Shown: in pieces, positions 1 to 8,511 of the stretch
Layout of the letters: every line of letters starts with the position of its first letter
Position numbering within the stretch: position 1 is the first letter of the stretch
Source: a bacterium
GTDB taxonomy: Bacteria; Sysuimicrobiota; Sysuimicrobiia; Sysuimicrobiales; Humicultoraceae
Length of the DNA: 18,251 bases
NCBI GenBank assembly: GCA_041497675.1
Contig: JBGQGY010000077.1
Span: 1-18,251, forward strand
Direction of reading: 5' to 3'
Translations under genes and position numbers: made by a program
The notes under the pieces: generated by a model
Told to the model about the DNA's origin: nothing
The model's database searches: none
Seen by the model: the letters and a program-made list of their open reading frames with translations, nothing else

Positions 1-314
1 ACGTTCACCGACTTGGCCCGTACCTCGATCTCCCCGGTAGCCAGGCGTGGGTTCACGGTGCCCTCGGGGCGCCGTTCCACGGTTCCATCGACCGTGACGA
101 CGAATTCGGCGCGCACCGTCTCGCCGACCACGCCGGCCTCTCTCGTCTGCTCCGGGTTGATCACCACCTGGACGACGCCTTCGCGGTCACGGAGGTCGAG
201 GAAGATCAGCCCGCCCAGATCCCGCCGGCGCTGGACCCACCCGGCCAGACGCACCACCGCGCCCACGTGGCCTGCGCGCAGCTCGCCACACATGTGTGTG
301 CGCATTGTGCTCAT
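1..314 (-). CDS. aspS: Aspartate--tRNA ligase, N-terminal OB-fold anticodon-binding part; runs off the left edge of the window
   Basis: Not in the ORF track. Hand translation from ATG at 314 gives [51 protein letters not shown]...[18 protein letters not shown], the bacterial AspRS N-terminus. SD GGAGGG lies at about 324-329, directly downstream of hisS. Confidence 0.96.
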   Translation of the reverse strand, partial: MSTMRTHMCGELRAGHVGAVVRLAGWVQRRRDLGGLIFLDLRDREGVVQVVINPEQTREAGVVGETVRAEFVVTVDGTVERRPEGTVNPRLATGEIEVRAKSVN

Positions 315-335
315 TCCGAGTCTCCCTCCACGCCC

Positions 336-1622
336 CTACAGTCGTCCGCCCGCGTGGGTTCGCAGGCGGCTGCGCAACGCCGAGACGGTCTCGCCGCGAC
401 CCAGCGGGGTCTGCTCGCCGCTCGACATCTCGCGCAGCGTCACCGTGCCACCGGTGAGCTCAGACTCGCCGACGACGAGCGCATAGCGAGCCCTCAAGCG
501 ATCGGCATGCTTCATCTGTGCGCGCAGCGGGCGGTCGAGCAGATCGCCCTCGGCCCGAATGCCCGCGGCGCGCAGTTCGTCCAACAGGCGCACACCTTCG
601 GCCCGGGCCGCCTCTCCGAGCGTGACGACACACACCTCGGCGCTTCGATCGATGGCGCGGGCAAGCCCTTCTTGTTCGAGCACGATGAGCAACCGATCGA
701 GACCAAACCCAAAACCGACGCCGGGTGTCGGCGGTCCGCCCAACTGTTGCGCCAACCCATCGTACCGCCCGCCGCCAAACATGGCGTTCTGCGCGCCCAG
801 CCGGCCGGAGAAGACCTCAGCCGCTGTGCGGGTGTAGTAGTCGAGACCGCGCACAATGAACGGATCAATCACGTAGCGCACCTGCAGAAGATCAAGGTGA
901 TGCTTGACGGCTTCAAAGTGAAGCCGGCAAGCATCACAGAGGAACGCGAATACGCTCGGGGCGCCGCGAACCACCTGCTGGCACGCCGTCCGCTTGCAGT
1001 CGAGGACGCGCAGCGGATTCCGATCGACGCGGTGCCGGCAGTCCTCACACACCTCGTCCAGGTGCGCCGTGAAGTATTCGCGCAGCGCCGCGAGATACCG
1101 CGGCCGGCATACCGCGTCGCCCACACTGTTCAGCCGCACTTCCACCTCGGCGAGCCCGAGGGCCTGCAAGAGCCGGACCGGCAGTGTCAGGACCTCCGCG
1201 TCGGCCGCCGGGTGCGGGCTTCCGATGATCTCGGCGCCAAACTGCACGTGCTGCCGGTATCGACCCTTTTGGGGCCGGTCGTACCGAAACATCGGCGCGA
1301 TGTAGTAGAACTTGCCGGGCTGCGGGCCCTGTTGGAGACCGTGCTCAAGGTAGGCGCGCATCACCGGCGCCGTCCCTTCGGGCCGCAGGCTCAGCGACCG
1401 GCCGCCCCGATCGACGAACGTGTACATCTCCTTGGCGACCAGATCAGTATCCTCGCCCGCGGTCCGCTGGAAGACTTCGGTATGCTCGACGACCGGCGTG
1501 CGGACCTCTCGAAACCCCCACCGGCCGGCCAGGTCGTGAACCGCGGCCTCAACAGCCTGCCACTGCTCCACTTCGCCCGGTAAGAGGTCGCGCATTCCCC
1601 GTGGTGCCTGCATGCCCGCCAT
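336..1622 (-). CDS. hisS: Histidine--tRNA ligase
   Basis: Motifs PRGMRD, KEMYTFVD, LRPEGTA, FRYDRPQKGRYRQ, VRGLDYYTR, GGGRYDGL and GFGFGLDR, plus a C-terminal anticodon-binding domain. Start moved from the ORF-track 1772 to ATG at 1622 (MAGMQAPRG), which has SD GGGAGG at 1632-1637; the upstream extension is the T-box leader. Confidence 0.97.
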   Translation of the reverse strand: MAGMQAPRGMRDLLPGEVEQWQAVEAAVHDLAGRWGFREVRTPVVEHTEVFQRTAGEDTDLVAKEMYTFVDRGGRSLSLRPEGTAPVMRAYLEHGLQQGPQPGKFYYIAPMFRYDRPQKGRYRQHVQFGAEIIGSPHPAADAEVLTLPVRLLQALGLAEVEVRLNSVGDAVCRPRYLAALREYFTAHLDEVCEDCRHRVDRNPLRVLDCKRTACQQVVRGAPSVFAFLCDACRLHFEAVKHHLDLLQVRYVIDPFIVRGLDYYTRTAAEVFSGRLGAQNAMFGGGRYDGLAQQLGGPPTPGVGFGFGLDRLLIVLEQEGLARAIDRSAEVCVVTLGEAARAEGVRLLDELRAAGIRAEGDLLDRPLRAQMKHADRLRARYALVVGESELTGGTVTLREMSSGEQTPLGRGETVSALRSRLRTHAGGRL

Positions 1623-1643
1623 CGAACCGTACCTCCCGTCGTG

Positions 1644-1680
1644 AAACAACAACGCCCCCGTCCCACAGGGACGAGAGCGT
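1644..1680 (-). terminator. Intrinsic terminator (attenuator) of the T-box leader
   Basis: 13-bp hairpin ACGCUCUCGUCCC-UGU-GGGACGGGGGCGU followed by UGUUGUUU. Its 5' arm overlaps the 3' strand of the antiterminator. The hisS SD lies outside the hairpin. Confidence 0.82.
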
Positions 1681-1884
1681 GTACTCCCGCGGTGCCACCC
1701 TGGTTTCCGGCCTCCACGACCCGACCGGCCCTTCGTCGCGATCACGGGCGAACCCGGGCGCAAGACGCGCATTACGCGTCGCCTCTCAGGGGTGTCGTTC
1801 GGATCCGGGGGCCTGGAAGCGCTTGCAGCTGCGGGCCGCTTCCTCTCTGGCAGGACCGAACCCTACTCGTCCCCTCCGTGCCAT
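1644..1884 (-). ncRNA. T-box riboswitch leader of hisS-aspS, probably with an Asp (GAC) specifier
   Basis: Minus strand shows Stem I with AGUA (1867-1864), an AGAGA bulge, a GCUG apical loop and the specifier loop GAA-C-GAC-A (1800-1793). It also has a stem II hairpin GACGCG/CGCGUC, a CCCGUGAUC stem IIA/B-like box, and the T-box AGGGUGGCACCGCG (1701-1688) pairing with downstream CGUCCCU. Confidence 0.92.
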
Positions 1885-1904
1885 GCGCCGCTTCGGCTTA
1901 CGAC

Positions 1905-1932
1905 ATTTTATCACGGCGCCCGGGTGTGTCAA
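1905..1932 (-). promoter_or_regulatory. Sigma70/SigA-type promoter for the T-box-hisS-aspS transcript
   Basis: TTGACA (1932-1927), 16 nt spacer, then TAAAAT (1910-1905) with an extended -10 TG, just upstream of T-box Stem I. Confidence 0.8.
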
Positions 1933-2038
1933 ACGGCGCAGCCTCCAGGAAGGCCGGCCCGACGGCGCGAACTATCGAAGGGATCCGTGCGCCGAATCGC
2001 GACGAGTCCTTGGCGCGCGACAAAGGAGATCAACCGCG

Positions 2039-2746
2039 GTGCATGCCGTCATTCTCGCAGGCGGACGGGGCGAGCGCCTGCGGCCCTTCACCGAAGATCG
2101 GCCCAAGCCGATGGTCGAGGTCTTGGGGGTCCCCATCCTCGCCTACCAGCTCCACTGGCTCCAAACCCAGGGCGTCTCCGAAGTCGTCATGGCCTGCGGG
2201 TACCGGCACGAGGTGCTCATCGACTACTTCGGCAAGGGCGAGAAGTGGGGCATGCGCATCGACTATGCCGTCGAGAATGAACCCCTTGGCCGCGGTGGTG
2301 CGATCCGCCACGCGTACAGCCGGCTGAACGGGGCGCCCGACGTCGTCATTGCCACCAACGGTGACATCATCACGAACCTACACGTCGCACCGGTCGTGGC
2401 CCGGCATCGCGAGCGCAACGATCTGGCGACTGTCGTCCTCACGCCGTTCGTCAGCACCTTTGGGGTCGTCGAGGTCGACGAGAACGACCGGGTCATCGCG
2501 TTTGACGAGAAACCCACGCTTCCGTACTGGATCAATGCCGGTATCTATGTGCTCTCGCGGGAAGCGATTGCGATGATGCCCGAGGTGGGCGACCATGAGC
2601 GCACGACGTTTCCTCAGCTGGCGGCGAAGCGTCGGCTGGGCGCCTTCAAATCCACGGGGTACTGGCGGTCGGTCGACACGGTGAAAGATCTCTCCGAAGT
2701 GCGGAAGGAGCTCGAGCAGCGGCTGCTCAGCGCGTTTTTGGCCTGA
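2039..2746 (+). CDS. Nucleotidyltransferase family protein (NDP-sugar pyrophosphorylase-like, NTP_transferase domain only)
   Basis: ILAGGRGERLRPFT..PKPMV signature, EPLGRGGA, NGD, INAGIYV and YWRSVDT. GTG start at 2039 with SD AAAGGAG at 2022-2028; the ORF-track start at 1601 overlaps the T-box and is rejected. Confidence 0.88.
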   Translation: MHAVILAGGRGERLRPFTEDRPKPMVEVLGVPILAYQLHWLQTQGVSEVVMACGYRHEVLIDYFGKGEKWGMRIDYAVENEPLGRGGAIRHAYSRLNGAPDVVIATNGDIITNLHVAPVVARHRERNDLATVVLTPFVSTFGVVEVDENDRVIAFDEKPTLPYWINAGIYVLSREAIAMMPEVGDHERTTFPQLAAKRRLGAFKSTGYWRSVDTVKDLSEVRKELEQRLLSAFLA

Positions 2747-2755
2747 TCCGGTCGA

Positions 2756-3373
2756 TCACCCGCGAGGCGTCCGGGAGTTCAACGTCACTAGGACGGGATG
2801 GCCGCTCGCCACCTCAAAGATCGTCAGCGATGCCGTCGCAATGTCCAACCGGCGCATGGTGTTCAGGTGGAGGTCGAGGAACCGGCAGACCAGCGCCAGA
2901 ATCGGGTCCTGGTGGGACACCAGGAGCGTGACCCCGCCGCGGGCGGCCGCGTCCTGCGCGCACGCTGCCATCCGATCGGCCATCGCCCCCACGGGCTCCA
3001 GACCGGCCATAGGCACATCCGTCGGCGTGGTGCGCCATGCGGCCCAGGCCTCAGGGTAACGACCGCGCACCTCGGCGACCACCATCCCCTCCCATGGCCC
3101 GAGACCGGTTTCGATAAGGCGATCGTCGACGGTCACGGGCGCACCCACGCGGCGGGCGATGATCTCCGCGGTTTCTCGCGTGCGCTCGAGGGGGCTCGAG
3201 ATCACGCGATCGATCGCGGTTCGCGCGAGGCGGCGACCGACCGCTTCGGCTTCCGCACGCCCTTCGGCGTTGAGAGAGATGCCCGGCAGGCGCCCCGCAA
3301 ACCGATTGGTCGGCGGGATCAGCCAGTCGGTCTTCCCGTGACGAACCAGCAGCAGCCGGGCTCCTTCAACCAT
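2756..3373 (-). CDS. Histidine phosphatase family protein (phosphoglycerate mutase/PhoE-like)
   Basis: LLLVRHG catalytic motif, SSPLERTRETA, RLIE..LGPWEG and the second His in VSHQ. Overlaps the dtd stop by 8 nt. Confidence 0.9.
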   Translation of the reverse strand: MVEGARLLLVRHGKTDWLIPPTNRFAGRLPGISLNAEGRAEAEAVGRRLARTAIDRVISSPLERTRETAEIIARRVGAPVTVDDRLIETGLGPWEGMVVAEVRGRYPEAWAAWRTTPTDVPMAGLEPVGAMADRMAACAQDAAARGGVTLLVSHQDPILALVCRFLDLHLNTMRRLDIATASLTIFEVASGHPVLVTLNSRTPRG

Positions 3374-3833
3374 GCTGGGGCGCGGGGGCGGCGCGGTCGG
3401 TGTCGAGTATCAGGGTCACCGGGCCGTCGTTATGGATCTCTACCTGCATCACGGTGCGGAAGCGTCCCGTCGCCGCGTTCAGTCCCAGCCCTCGCAGGTG
3501 GCGGACATAGACGTCCACCATCGCCTGCGCGTGCTCCGGTTTTGCCGCGCGGACAAACGACGGCCGGCGCCCTCCAGACGGGTCGCCATACAGGGTGAAT
3601 TGAGACACCACGAGGATCTGTCCGCCGACATCGAGCACCGAACGGTTGAGCCGGCCCGCGTCATCGTCGAAGATGCGCAGGTGCGCCGTCTTTTCCGCGA
3701 GCGCCGCTGCATGTTCCGGCCCGTCATCGATGGCCACCGCCAGCAGGATCGCGAGGCCGGGGCCGATCTCCGCGATCGTCTCCGAGCCGACGCGCACCGA
3801 TGCCCGCGTCACACGCTGGAGGACCGCCCGCAT
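3366..3833 (-). CDS. dtd: D-aminoacyl-tRNA deacylase
   Basis: MRAVLQRV start, SQFTL motif, GRRPSF and NDGPVT (Gly-cisPro motif); typical length; downstream of rel. Confidence 0.96.
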   Translation of the reverse strand: MRAVLQRVTRASVRVGSETIAEIGPGLAILLAVAIDDGPEHAAALAEKTAHLRIFDDDAGRLNRSVLDVGGQILVVSQFTLYGDPSGGRRPSFVRAAKPEHAQAMVDVYVRHLRGLGLNAATGRFRTVMQVEIHNDGPVTLILDTDRAAPAPQHG

Positions 3834-4977
3834 TAGCCGGCGGGGGTCCCCGCCGCCACAACGCGGCCGAGCGTCTCACAGACCGCGCGGTTGTCGTCGA
3901 TGCCGTTGTAGAAATACGGTGAGAAGCGGACGACACCCGGCCGCGAGTCGATGATCACACCCTGCCGGCGCAGCGCGGCCACGACGGCCGGTGGATCCGC
4001 CACCGGGACGGTCACGATCCCGGCGTGCCGGTTCAGGTCTGCGGGTACCCGGGGAGCGAACCCACCGGCTCGCAACCGTCCCACCAGATCCGACACGAGT
4101 TCCAGCTGGCGGTCGCGCAGCGTGTCGACGCCGATCTCGAGCACGATGTCCAGCCCGGCATCCTGCGCGTACAGGGCTGCCACCGACGGTGTGCCGCCTT
4201 CAAACCGGCGCGCATCGGACGCGTAGTCAAATTCTGTTTGGAACGCAAATTGCTGACTGTGCGCAAACCACCCGACATCGTTGGGCCGAAGCCGGTCGTG
4301 CAGATCGCGCCGGACGTAGAGAAACGCGATCCCCGGCCCTCCGATCAACCACTTCAGCCCCCCGGTGACGAGAAAATCTACACCGCTAGCGTGCACGTCC
4401 GTGGGCACCTGCCCCGTGCCCTGATACGCGTCGATCAAACAGTACGCGCCACGCGCGTGCGCGATTTCGGCGACCGCCGCAAGATCCTGGATGAAACCAC
4501 TGGTGTAGTACACGTGTGAGGCGATGACGAGCTGCGTGCGCGCGCCCACCGCGGGCGCGTAGTCGTCCCCGGAGACAGACAGCCCGTCGCGGCTCGCCAC
4601 CGGCGTGATCTCAACGCCGGTATCACGCTTGACGAGCCACTGGTAGATGGTCGTCGGGAATTCGAGATCGCTGACCGCGACACGCGGCCGCTCGCGATAG
4701 TCAAATGCGCTGGCGACCGAGGTGAGCGCCGCGGTGATCGACGGGAAGAGGGCGATCTCATCCGGGTCGGCGCCGATGGTGCGGGCATACTTGGCGCGGA
4801 CGGTGCTCATCTTGTCCAGCCAGAACGCATACCAGGCCGAGGCGCCATGCTCGTGCCACAAGGCGAGAAAACGCTCAACGGACGACGCCACCCGCGTCGA
4901 CAACGCGCCCAGCGAGCACGTATTGAAGTAGACTGTATTGCGAAAGATCGGAAACTCGCTGCGCCAGGCCTCCCAGG

Positions 4978-4981
<4 letters not shown>
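3833..4981 (-). CDS. Aminotransferase class V-fold PLP enzyme (kynureninase/cysteine-desulfurase-like)
   Basis: RSEFP, YFNTCSLG, EFPT, IDAYQG, GGLKWLIGGPG (PLP Lys), GWFAH, RRFEGGTP and RFSPYFYN. Probable TTG start at 4981 overlapping the upstream TGA (TTGA), with GGTGA SD-like sequence. Its stop overlaps the dtd start (TAATG). Confidence 0.85.
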
Positions 4982-6171
<1,190 letters not shown>

Positions 6172-6197
6172 GGGGTCCCTCCGGAACGGATGTCGGC

Positions 6198-8411
6198 CTA
6201 GGTCCGAACGACCCGGGCCACGCTGAACACCTGCGGAACTTTCTCGAGCTTCCTCATCACGGCGTGGAGCTGCCCCACGCTGCGGATGTCCAGCACAATG
6301 TTGGTGACGGCGACTTTGTCCTTCCGGACCCTTGAGTTCGCCGAAAGGATGTTGGTCTTGGTCTCGGCAATCGCGGCGGTGATGTCACTAAGCAGTCCCA
6401 CCCGGTCGAAGGCCTCGACCTCCACCTCAACCTGGAAGATCCCCTCCTGCGTCGTCTCCCACTGCACCTCCAACAACCGCTCGGGATGCTCGCGCAGAAA
6501 GGCGATGTTCGGGCAATCGCTGCGGTGGATCGTGACCCCGCGGCCACGCGTGATATACCCGACGATCCGATCGCCGGGCAGGGGCGTACAGCACCGCGCG
6601 AAGTGCATCAGCACGTTGTCCACGCCGCGCACCCGGACGCCCTGCGGGACCCCGGGCGCCGCGGGCGGGACGGCCGGAACAGCGGGGGCCGCTTCCGATG
6701 GCTGCGCCGCTTCCTCACCCCGCAGCGCCTGCGCCACCTGCAACAGCGAGAGGTCGCCGTTGCCCACCGCGGCCAACAGCTCCTCGTCTGAAGGCAGACC
6801 GAACTGCCCCGCCGCCTCGTTGAGCCGCTCGGGCTTCATGCCCGCCGTCACGCTGCCACTGCGGCGCAGCTCGCGCTCGAGCATGTCCCGTCCGCGGACG
6901 ACGTTCTCCTGATGTCGTTCCTTCTTGAACCACTGCCGGATCTTCGCCTTGGCGTTCGTCGTCGCGACAAAACCGAGCCAGTCGCGGCTGGGCCCCGCGT
7001 TGCTCTTGCTGGTGACGATCTCCACGATGTCACCCGTGTGCAACCGATGTGAGAGCGGGACCAACCTGCCGTTCACCTTGGCGCCGGTGGTTCGATGACC
7101 AACATCGGTATGGATGCGGTAGGCAAAGTCCAACGGGGTGGCGTCGGCCGGCAGATCGATCACATCGCCCTTCGGCGTGAACACAAAGACCTCGTTCTGA
7201 AACAGGTCCAGCCGCACCGACTGGACGAAATCACGGGCATCTGCCATCTCTTGCTGCCAATCCATCAGCTGCCGAAGCCATGCCAGCTTGCGATCGACTT
7301 CCCGCTCCTGCGCCGCACCCCTCTTGTAGCGCCAGTGGGCCGCGATGCCGTATTCGGCCTCTTGGTGCATATCGTGCGTACGGATCTGGATCTCCAGCGG
7401 CTCGCCTTCATAGATGACCGCAGTGTGGAGCGATTGGTAGCCGCTGGTCTTGGGGTTGGCGACGTAGTCGTCGAATTCGCCCGGGATCGGCCGCCAGACC
7501 GCGTGCACGACGCCGAGCGCCGCGTAGCAATCCTTCACATCGTCGAGGAGCACCCGCACACCCAGGCGATCGTACACACGGGCGATCGGCTGCCCCGCGT
7601 ACTTTGGACGCTGGAGTTTTCGCCAAATGCTGTAGATGTGTTTGGGACGCCCCGTGATATGGCGGGGGTCGACCTTAATCTCCGCTCGAACCAACTCACG
7701 GTGCAGCACGGCGCACACCCGGTCGATCATGGTCTGGCGCGCGTCTTCAGCCTGGGTCAGCTCTCCCGTAATCTGGTCGTAGGTCTCGGGCTGCAACTCT
7801 CGAAACGCGAGGTCTTCGAGCTCATTCTGGATGCTGCCGATACCGAGGCGTTCGGCCAGCGGCGCGTAGATGTCGAGGGTTTCCTGAGCCGTGCGCTTCC
7901 GCTTCCACTCGGGGAGCGGTGCAAGCGTGCGCATGTTGTGCAGCCGGTCTGCCAGCTTGATCAGGACGATGCGGATGTCGTTGGCCATTGCGAGGAACAT
8001 CTTACGCAGGTTCTCGGCCTGCCGTTCCTCCCGGCTTTGCCACTCGATCTTGCCCAACTTCGTGACGCCGTCGACCAGCGTGGCGATCTCGGCGCCGAAA
8101 CGCTCCTTCAGTTCGGCGGCTTCGATTCCCGTATCTTCGAGCACGTCGTGCAGCAGACCCGCGGCGACCGTCGTGGGGTCAAGATGCAGGCCGCCGAGGA
8201 TCGTTGCGACCGCCACCGCGTGGGTGATGTAGGGCTCGCCGGAGACGCGCGTCTGCCCCTCGTGGGCCCTGGCGGCGGCCAGGTACGCCTCGCGTACAAC
8301 GTCGAGATCGGCCTTGGGAAAATGCGTACGCAGCGTGGCGACCAGGGTCTGCACGTCGGGAGGCAGATCCTGAAAACTGCCCTGTTGTCGCCGTAGGTCC
8401 AACCACTTCAC
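6198..8411 (-). CDS. rel: Long RelA/SpoT homologue, (p)ppGpp synthetase/hydrolase with HD, SYNTH, TGS, ZFD and ACT domains
   Basis: GEPYITH, LLHDVLED, IKLADRLHNMRTL, GRPKHIYSI, YQSLHT, EIQIRT, AAHWRYK, TGS FTPKG..DFAYRIHT, CCTPLPGD..HRSDC and ACT DRVGLL. Confidence 0.96.
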   Translation of the reverse strand: MKWLDLRRQQGSFQDLPPDVQTLVATLRTHFPKADLDVVREAYLAAARAHEGQTRVSGEPYITHAVAVATILGGLHLDPTTVAAGLLHDVLEDTGIEAAELKERFGAEIATLVDGVTKLGKIEWQSREERQAENLRKMFLAMANDIRIVLIKLADRLHNMRTLAPLPEWKRKRTAQETLDIYAPLAERLGIGSIQNELEDLAFRELQPETYDQITGELTQAEDARQTMIDRVCAVLHRELVRAEIKVDPRHITGRPKHIYSIWRKLQRPKYAGQPIARVYDRLGVRVLLDDVKDCYAALGVVHAVWRPIPGEFDDYVANPKTSGYQSLHTAVIYEGEPLEIQIRTHDMHQEAEYGIAAHWRYKRGAAQEREVDRKLAWLRQLMDWQQEMADARDFVQSVRLDLFQNEVFVFTPKGDVIDLPADATPLDFAYRIHTDVGHRTTGAKVNGRLVPLSHRLHTGDIVEIVTSKSNAGPSRDWLGFVATTNAKAKIRQWFKKERHQENVVRGRDMLERELRRSGSVTAGMKPERLNEAAGQFGLPSDEELLAAVGNGDLSLLQVAQALRGEEAAQPSEAAPAVPAVPPAAPGVPQGVRVRGVDNVLMHFARCCTPLPGDRIVGYITRGRGVTIHRSDCPNIAFLREHPERLLEVQWETTQEGIFQVEVEVEAFDRVGLLSDITAAIAETKTNILSANSRVRKDKVAVTNIVLDIRSVGQLHAVMRKLEKVPQVFSVARVVRT

Positions 8412-8511
8412 CGGCTGTCACCGCCCCGCAGGTCCAGGCGCCTCGCGGGCGCACCTATACCCAGGGTCGTCCTGCGTATCTTCGGGGCCCTGAGGAGATG
8501 CCCTGCTCTGA

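Noticed and set aside
267..1583. 438-aa plus-strand ORF
   Set aside because: Antisense shadow of hisS; no recognisable motifs, and long antisense frames are expected in high-GC coding DNA.
1640..2030. Possible 6S RNA or tRNA in the long intergenic region near hisS-aspS
   Set aside because: The structured sequence is explained by T-box motifs; I saw no 6S-like long rod with a central bubble and no cloverleaf.
1601..2038. N-terminal extensions of hisS (to 1772) and of the nucleotidyltransferase (from 1601), plus ORFs 1641-2327 and 1792-2280
   Set aside because: They run through the T-box leader and its promoter; better starts with SD sequences exist at 1622 and 2039.
7095..8396. 433-aa plus-strand ORF, and similar ones at 9487-10695, 11443-12249 and 13894-14835
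   Set aside because: Antisense shadows of rel, recJ and secD with no independent protein features.
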